NCBI GenBank assembly: GCA_050949565.1
Contig: JBMNFY010000008.1
Location: forward strand, 192,001 to 256,000
From: Kiritimatiellia bacterium
Lineage (GTDB): Bacteria > Verrucomicrobiota > Kiritimatiellia > RFP12 > UBA1067
DNA length: 64,000 nt
Direction of reading: 5' to 3'
In this document: in pieces, positions 57,901-64,000 of the stretch
How the letters are laid out: the number at the start of each line of letters is the position of its first letter
How positions within the stretch are numbered: the first letter of the stretch is position 1
Notes under the pieces: model-generated
Seen by the model: only the letters and a program-made list of their open reading frames with translations
Databases searched by the model: none
Told to the model about the DNA's origin: nothing
Made by a program: the position numbers and the translations under genes

Positions 57901-59683
57901 GATGCTTGCACAACTCCTGCGCCACAGCGTCGCGCATCATGGACTTCGTCCAGTCGTTGCCGCCATTGCGCAGCAGCACACGCTTATAGGCGCCAAACTG
58001 CGGCTGGTCGGGAAAAACCGGATAGGCAAGGGTCGATGCGCCATATTCCGACCGCGCGTAAAGGCGCAACGTTTTCTGCGCCATGGCCCTCGAGTAACCG
58101 CCATGAATACGGAACCCCATGGTCTGACCCACCACGCGCGCCTGATCCACGAACATCTCCACATTCAGCGGATACTCCCAGTCATACCTGTCGGCCGCAT
58201 CAGGATTACCGTAGATACCGGTCTCGCCGAAGATGTTCGTGTGGTCCGACGCAAGGGCAAGCACCGGCACCGTAAACGACGCGGTCTGCGGTCCCACGAA
58301 CCACGTACCGCCGAAAAGCGGCGACGCCATCCAACCGGGGCGTACCGCCACCGCACGCACAATGCACGCCTTGGGTTGCAGGGTTGTCGGCGTGACGTAA
58401 AAAGAGCCGGTATTGATCAAGCAGAGGGCGTTGGTCTCAAGACTGCGGTTGTTGAGGGTAAAGGGGTGGGTGTAACGCAGCGAATTGGTAGTCGGTGTGG
58501 AGCCGTCAGTCGTGTAGTAGATTTCCGCGTCCGGCGTCGCCGTACTCAACGCGAGCAGTGTCGGCCCCGCATAAAAGCCGGGGGGAACCGACGCCGTGAC
58601 CGCGCTGACCACGCCCTCATAGACTTGGTTGGTGTTGTTCGCGAATCCCGGCGTAGGAACCGGCAACACGTGCCAAGCGCCGACGCCATCCGGTGCGCGG
58701 CCAACCGCACAGTCCGACGGCATCACCGGCACCGCTACATGGTCCGCCGTCGTGCCGTTCGGTTGCGTGAGAAAGAGGTCGCAACCGCTGGCACTGATTT
58801 TGAAATTGGTGTGCAGTTCCTTGTCGGTCCCGGCCAAGAAACGGAGGCCCAAGTCAAAAATCGCGTCGCTGGTGGTCGGCTTCGACTGATGCAGACTCAC
58901 CGCGCACACATTGTCGCCCGGTTGCAACAGCGCGAGCACCTGTGCTTTATTGAGCGTGTTGGTCAGCCAACTGCCGTTGTAGTCCACATTGTAACCGTCA
59001 CCCGTATAGGCCGTATAATCGACCGCGCCGGGCGGCATCTTATAGCGGTAAATCTCCTCGCCGTTCAGCCACACCACCGCGCCGTCATCAAAGTGGTGGC
59101 GGATGTTGAGCACACCGACCTCCTCGGCCGAGGGCACGGCATTCAGCGTGAAGGTCCGGCGGAAAAAATAGGCCGGATAAAACTGGGAAGCCGGGCTTCT
59201 GGCCAGCGGCGTGCCATCCGGTACCGACGGATGGCCGAAGCGGGCATTCCCCTGCGGCCAGGCCGAATCGTCGAACGCGAGCGTCTGCCACGCGCCGGCC
59301 GGCACGCTACCGGCGTCCCAATACCGCCATGCGCTGCTCTCCGGGATCAAGATCAGTTCCCCGCCGGCCACCACGTCCGGGCGACGATCTTTCTTGGAGG
59401 CCCACACCAGCAGATGCGCACCCGGACCGAGGCTCACCGACGGGAAGGTCCATAAGAAAGGAGCGGCGGCATCATTCGACATCCCCCATCCAGTCAGCGC
59501 CACCGGGAGGGTGCCGGTATTGACCAGTTCGAACCAATCCGAACTCTCGCCGTCTTCATCCACCAGGCCGGCGTGATTCGAGGCGACAACCTCGTTGATG
59601 CGCACGTCACTCAGCGCAACCCCTGCAATCAGCAACGCCGCCACGAGGCAACCGAGTGTCGTTAAAAGATCGTTCCCCTGCAT
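54905..59683 (-). CDS. Secreted CotH-kinase-family protein with lamin-tail, chitobiase/FN3-like and autotransporter-associated repeat domains
   Basis: INEVVASN..DWFEL, IYYTTDGSTP, RIHGGYSR..QKT, LRNGGND, NKDWPGNN, WRWLMFDVD, GGLIKEGPG; C-terminal RFFRLRV. Confidence 0.88.
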   Translation of the reverse strand: MQGNDLLTTLGCLVAALLIAGVALSDVRINEVVASNHAGLVDEDGESSDWFELVNTGTLPVALTGWGMSNDAAAPFLWTFPSVSLGPGAHLLVWASKKDRRPDVVAGGELILIPESSAWRYWDAGSVPAGAWQTLAFDDSAWPQGNARFGHPSVPDGTPLARSPASQFYPAYFFRRTFTLNAVPSAEEVGVLNIRHHFDDGAVVWLNGEEIYRYKMPPGAVDYTAYTGDGYNVDYNGSWLTNTLNKAQVLALLQPGDNVCAVSLHQSKPTTSDAIFDLGLRFLAGTDKELHTNFKISASGCDLFLTQPNGTTADHVAVPVMPSDCAVGRAPDGVGAWHVLPVPTPGFANNTNQVYEGVVSAVTASVPPGFYAGPTLLALSTATPDAEIYYTTDGSTPTTNSLRYTHPFTLNNRSLETNALCLINTGSFYVTPTTLQPKACIVRAVAVRPGWMASPLFGGTWFVGPQTASFTVPVLALASDHTNIFGETGIYGNPDAADRYDWEYPLNVEMFVDQARVVGQTMGFRIHGGYSRAMAQKTLRLYARSEYGASTLAYPVFPDQPQFGAYKRVLLRNGGNDWTKSMMRDAVAQELCKHLRHDTQAYRPSVVFLNGEYWGVHNLRERYDARYLERVYGADPEQVDIIGFPYGSSVTVADEGSASDFNALLTWLSTNSLVNAAAYATVTSQVDVANFMDYMLANMFVVNKDWPGNNIKFWRTRTANTAPDAPYAHDARWRWLMFDVDFAFAGWDPDPPDTDMWAWATSTTGSGRVCEAATRLFRRLLENADFRTRMLTRYADQLNTAYQPRRTRALTEQFRDAVAPEMPRHIARWPGAIFSTATWSNQVASIWAYARDRHAWEWRHMCTRFNLSTAEVCVATSDPAHGRVQVNDILVDGDTLGIPDPATPYPWRGWYFREVPVTLRALPRPGYRFAGWIEPGSTNACLSVLPVSAQQTFTARFEPDPNAQAPAVFLPAGEENWDKDACWDSGLFPNWPGARVVIPPPTVPDEDGLPRRNVRIATQPVTVGHVTVDNGTFSNRIRNKKDAPAGATLTFDGGAEAASLTVVGDDVGFTAVEVTRGVVLATDLRVVVSNTVGDAEYGGLRVQAGWSGSGGLIKEGPGRCTMTGGGKTYSGSTVIREGVLSMTQPAAPSAAAGVTIESGGQLCLTSGDPLSGPPRTYAFGGAVTLASAGAAGAAGTGGLRYAPGGVANWAAVPVPVVLTAGDACIAVEDVSGDRLLCNTLVLDGGLWGVSPLMKQGGGRLVVARDAADYEGVVTVAGGGLQVDTAMRGADIAIGDNAWLCGTGCVGSVTGGGWISPGAGGAGRLQAQSVGGGVDFAFRFTTAGDNSAGNDTLELRFSAAPFSKILDADNRIYVYLDVLPPEDGYVLGGFATASSVDFTRWIALASWHFFVLDPYGTEVFEGQTYAPCPVALNLSTVAAGSGRMLKISRPTHGYAAWCAEWFTLAERTDVAVSGPLAVGADGVANLLRYALGAGRTEPITPYLPRLDRVAGALVYAYRTRVDEQAGLSYLVVCTDDLTASAASWLDAQQDTGLTVRLLDPQATEDPAIAITRLEIIPGPSAPVRFFRLRVQQP

Positions 59684-59732
59684 GATGGCTCATCTCACCC
59701 CCTCTCTTCCCCGGGAACGCATGGGGCGCGTA

Positions 59733-60863
59733 TCACGGAGCCTTAAGCGTGAAGCTGAATGTGCTGCCACAACCGGGCTGGCTCTGCGCATCGACCGTAC
59801 CGTCCAGCTTGTCCACGATGCGTTGCACGATAGACAGTCCGAGCCCGTACCCTGCCAAAGAAGTCCCATTGACTTGGTAAAGTGGAGCGAAGATTTTGGG
59901 GAGTTTTTCCTGCGGAATACCGGCACCATTGTCCGAAACCCAGAACCGAACCTCGCCTGCTTCCGTAGACTCGCCCCCAAGGACAAGGCGCGGCGGATTG
60001 CCGCCATACTTGAGTCCGTTGCTGATGTAGTTATACCAAACCTCTTCGACCCAAGCCGCTACGCCGAGCGCACGCGGGAAATGCTCCGGCACCACCACTT
60101 CCGCCTCCCGCTCTTGAATCACATAGTGGAGGCGGTGCAGTACCTCTTTAACGATCGCGCCCATATCCAATTCACTGACCACAACATCTTCCTTGCGGAT
60201 GCTGGCGAACAACAACAAGCTCTTAATGATGTCGCCCATCTTCAGGCCCGCCTTCGCGATCGACAGCAGGTCATTCTTTATCTCCTGCGGCGAAAGGGTC
60301 TCGTAGCTATCCGCCAACGACTCGCTCAATCCGACTATCGGCGTAAGCGCCCCGCTAAGATCATGCGCGACCGTATGCGCGAACGCATCCAGTTCTGCAT
60401 TGCGGGCCTTCAGCTCCATCTCCATCTTTTTTCTGACCGAGATATCGGCCACGATGGCGATACTCAACTCGCAGTGCCCGACGTTGAACGCACACAATCC
60501 GACCTCAACCGGAAACGTCTCCCCGTTCTTCCGCTTGGCGACGAGATCTCTTCCGTGCCCCATCGAACGGGCACGGGGGTTTTTAAAAAAGCTCTCTATG
60601 GCCAGCGCATGGCTCCTATGGAACTTTTCCGGCAGCAGAATATCCAACGGGCGGCCCAACATCTCATCCGCACCGTAGCCGAATATCTCTTTGACGCGGC
60701 GATTCACGAGCACGATACGTCCGCTATGGTCAACAACAACCACGCCCTCGCTCAGCAGTCCAAAAATTGCCTTCGCGTCCACACCACACAGCACTAGCCC
60801 TTTCAGATGGGCGTACTTGTCCGTTTTAACGATCGCTTGCTCAGTCATGTCCACAGCCGTCAT
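59733..60863 (-). CDS. PAS-domain sensor histidine kinase (cytoplasmic)
   Basis: PAS (VLVNRRVKEIFGY...RKNGETFPVEV), H-box AHDL, N-box NGLKY, DNGAGI, GYGLGL. Confidence 0.93.
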   Translation of the reverse strand: MTAVDMTEQAIVKTDKYAHLKGLVLCGVDAKAIFGLLSEGVVVVDHSGRIVLVNRRVKEIFGYGADEMLGRPLDILLPEKFHRSHALAIESFFKNPRARSMGHGRDLVAKRKNGETFPVEVGLCAFNVGHCELSIAIVADISVRKKMEMELKARNAELDAFAHTVAHDLSGALTPIVGLSESLADSYETLSPQEIKNDLLSIAKAGLKMGDIIKSLLLFASIRKEDVVVSELDMGAIVKEVLHRLHYVIQEREAEVVVPEHFPRALGVAAWVEEVWYNYISNGLKYGGNPPRLVLGGESTEAGEVRFWVSDNGAGIPQEKLPKIFAPLYQVNGTSLAGYGLGLSIVQRIVDKLDGTVDAQSQPGCGSTFSFTLKAP

Positions 60864-61035
60864 TTCATCCCCTCAAGTGCGTAAATCATATCGCATCTTA
60901 TAAGCAAACGTCAACAAGACGGGGCTTGCGAAACACTTGGGAAAAGAGTACTGTTGAGACGATGTGAAGTCTGCCGTGCGTTTGGTTGGCGTAACGGAGA
61001 TCTCTCACAAGTTTACTTTAAGTAAGGAGTCACGC

Positions 61036-64000
61036 ATGACGCCCCGATATAACGCTTTGACGCTCGTTTTCGGTTTCGTTCTATTCACCGGGTTCGTGAC
61101 AGCCCAGCCAACACCGATCCGCATCATGCCGCTTGGTGACTCCATCACCCACGGCACGCCGGTCGCCGGCGGATACCGGCTCCCGCTTTACCACATGCTC
61201 ACGAATGCGTCTTATATCGTCGACTATGTCGGAACCTCGACCGCCAACCCTTCACCCGACCTGCCGGAAATCAACCACGAAGGACATGGCGGCTGGAGAA
61301 TTTCCGACCCATCGCTCGGCCTTTACGAGAACATCTTCGGCTGGTTCGAGACCATCGAAGACCCGCACGCGGTCCTCCTGCACATCGGCACCAATGACTC
61401 AGGCGGCGGCACGCGGTTCACGAATGCCGTCGACCGCCTTGACGCTCTCATCACGCGCATCGCGCTCTGCCAGCCGAGCGCGCATATCATCGTCACCACC
61501 CTCATGAAGCGCGGCGAGCCGAACTACACCGCCATCACCAACTGGTTCAACCCGTTCGTTCCGACTAAGGTCGCCGCCCAGCAGGCTCTGGGACGCCGCG
61601 TCCATTTTCTCGACATGCACGCCTATCTCGAGTTGAGCGACATGGCGGACAATCTGCATCCCAACGCTGTCGGCTACCAGAAAATGGCCAACGCCTGGTT
61701 CCCGGCCATCACCAACATCATCGGCACCTCGCCCGCACCCAATCAGCCCGCACCCATCCGCGCCCTCGGCACCGTGGCCAACAGGGGCGCAGCGACCATT
61801 ACCTTCAACAAGCCCCTCTCGCTCGACAGCGCCACCAACACGGCGAACTACGCCATCGACCAAGGTCTGACCGTCACGTCCGCGACGCTGGACGCCAACC
61901 TGCGGACGGTCACGCTCGCCACCTCACAGCAGGCTCCGCAGACCACCTACACCGTCACGCTCAATAACATCCAGGACCGAACCGAGCCCGCCGCACTGAC
62001 AATCCCGGCCAACAGCCAAGTGACTTTCACCTCGCCCGCGCCCCCCGCCCTGCTCAGTGCGTCCGGTCGCTCCAACCGGACGCAGATCGATGTCGTGTTC
62101 AGCAAACCGATGTCCCCCAGCAGTGCCACCAACATCGCTCACTACACGCTCAGTGGCGGCCTCACGCTCCACTCAGCCACAATCAGTGGCGATCATCTGA
62201 CCGTCACCCTAGTCACCTCGAAACAGACGGAAGGCGCGTCTTACACCGTCACCGCCAGCGACATCGACGACGAGAGCACGCCGACGCCGTTCACGATCCC
62301 GGCCAACAGCCAAGTCACGTTCACCGCATACAAGCCACCCATGCCCCGCGGCTACTGGAACTACGTGCCTTAATCCGCCGCCTACGCGCTGGTCTACAAG
62401 CTCGATCTCGCCACCCAACCGAACTACAGTTCCATCGTCCCCTATGCATTCGATTACAGCGCGGATGTCGGCAGTTTTGATCGCGTGGCCTATTACCTCG
62501 AACTCCAGCGGCAGCCCGAGGACGACCTCCAGTACGTGTGGGTCTCCATGGATGCCTTCACCAATCGCGCCGACAAACTCGGCATCCCGAACCTCGCCTC
62601 CGGCGTGGTGTATCAGCAGTTTGTAAGCAATCTGCACGTTGTCTGCAATGTGGACGGCGTCGTAACCGGCGACATCTCCTCCGGTAACATCGAGTTCTGG
62701 CCCTACAATTACACCTCGGGCAATAAGCTCGGCCTCCCCGGCGCAAACTCCAGCAAATATGATTTCGATGACACCTGTTCGTTCAGTGCCAACTACAGTT
62801 GCATGCAGGTGCACAACTACAATGCGCGCCAGACCCTCTTCGCGATCAACCACTGGAGTTCAGGCGACGTGATTGATATCGGCATCGGCAACCGTCCGAC
62901 AGACCATCCCGACTGGACCTTCAGCGGTAACGGCGGCGATTTCACCGTCAAGACGCTCTACGTGCTGGTCCGCCGCGACGCGAGCGACACCACCCCGCCG
63001 GTGCCGTTATCGGCGCAGGCCGACTTCTCGCGCCGACTCGTGACCGTCAGCTTCTCCGAACTGCTGGCCCCATCTTCCGCTGACCCGCGCCTCTTCACGC
63101 TCGATCACGGTGTCGCGATATTCGACGCCACCCTTGAGGCTGACTTCCGGACAATCAGACTGCTGACTTCGCAACAGCCCGCCGATGTCGCGCTGACACT
63201 TACGATCACCGGTGTCCGTGACGCATCGCCCAACGCCAATGCGGTGGCCCCCGGCACTGCGCTCCCAGTAGCGGCCCCCGCCCTGCCCCCGGAGATCATC
63301 ACGAACATCGGCACCAACGCCGGCGACTTTGCGAGCGGCTACGAATGCGTCTACACGCTCGATATTCCCGTCATCGGCAACTTCAATGCCGCCGCTGACC
63401 CGTACCGCGTCAACCGCGCGCGTACAGCACCGGTGATTGATACGTTCGACCGTATCGCCTATTACCTTGAACTGGCCAAAAAGGACGGTACCGTCCAATA
63501 CCTCTGGGCGTCGATGGACGCCTTCACGACCGACCGCACAAAAATCGCCGTGCCGACCCTGGCCTCCGGCGCGATCTTCCAGCAGCCGGTCTCCAACCTC
63601 GACGTCAAGTCCAACGTTGACGGCATCGTCAACGGCAGCGGTATGGCCGGCGGCAACCTTGAGTTCTGGCCCCATAACTACAGCGCCACCAACGCGGCCG
63701 CTGTCCCCGGTGCCAGTGACACCACCTACGACTTCGGCGACCGCCGTGACCCCGGCGGACACGGCTCCATGCAGCTTCACAATTCAGCCGCCGCGCAGAC
63801 GCTCTTCGCCATGAACAATTGGGGCGTCGACGGTAACACGCTTGCGCTCGGCATCGGCAACCGCCCCACCAGCCACCCCGACTGGACCTTCGCGAGCAAC
63901 GCTGGTAGCGACTACACGCGCCGCACCATGCATGTGCTGGTGCGTCCCACTGCCGCTCCGCCCCTGCCGCAACCTGTCGCGGAAAATGTGCCCGATGCTC
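61036..64000 (+). pseudogene. Large secreted SGNH/GDSL esterase with Ig-like and repeated beta domains; in-frame TAA at 62371-62373; runs off the right edge
   Basis: RBS aaggag; signal peptide; GDSIT, HEGHGG, GTND, DNLHPN. After NYVP(TAA) the frame continues SAAYALVYKLDL...FDRVAYYLEL...WVSMDAFT, a domain repeated near 63340-63940. Confidence 0.8.

Noticed and set aside
56609-60797. Long + strand ORFs 56609-59455 and 59595-60797 (also 33288-34955 minus)
   Set aside because: Antisense to well-supported CotH, histidine kinase and beta-helix genes; typical of high-GC DNA.
4563-62373. Stop-codon reassignment as the cause of the two in-frame stops
   Set aside because: The codons differ (TAG, TAA) and imply different residues (W, E); both serve as true stops elsewhere (tadB TAG, rpoN TAA).

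Overview
GC-rich bacterial chromosomal window, probably from a PVC-superphylum (Kiritimatiellae/Lentisphaerae-like) organism; the taxon is inferred from protein style only. Housekeeping and accessory genes include rpoN, ispH, nagB, a partial Tad/Flp pilus operon with an FHA-TadA fusion, vapBC, a MoxR-DUF58-transglutaminase triad, an ABC exporter, an EcoRI-like restriction-modification pair, a probable Ser/Thr pseudokinase, a PPIase, CotH and glycan-active secreted proteins, and a PAS histidine kinase. The most striking system is a Y1/HUH (RAYT-like) nuclease gene bounded by perfect 26-bp inverted repeats (50458-51598). Three internally deleted miniature copies occur in the same orientation. 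Pairs of these elements share extra flanking bases and bracket AT-richer cargo: an orphan HExxH toxin-like tip plus three paralogous immunity-like genes (28.8-32.0 kb), and a single foreign gene (51.6-52.6 kb). A second, 101-bp REP-carrying MITE sits in frame inside a gene and nested inside the first element. The R-M island is framed by inverted arrays of 8-9-mer repeats. Both large secreted-protein genes at the window edges carry a single in-frame stop codon. No rRNA, tRNA or CRISPR array was recognised.
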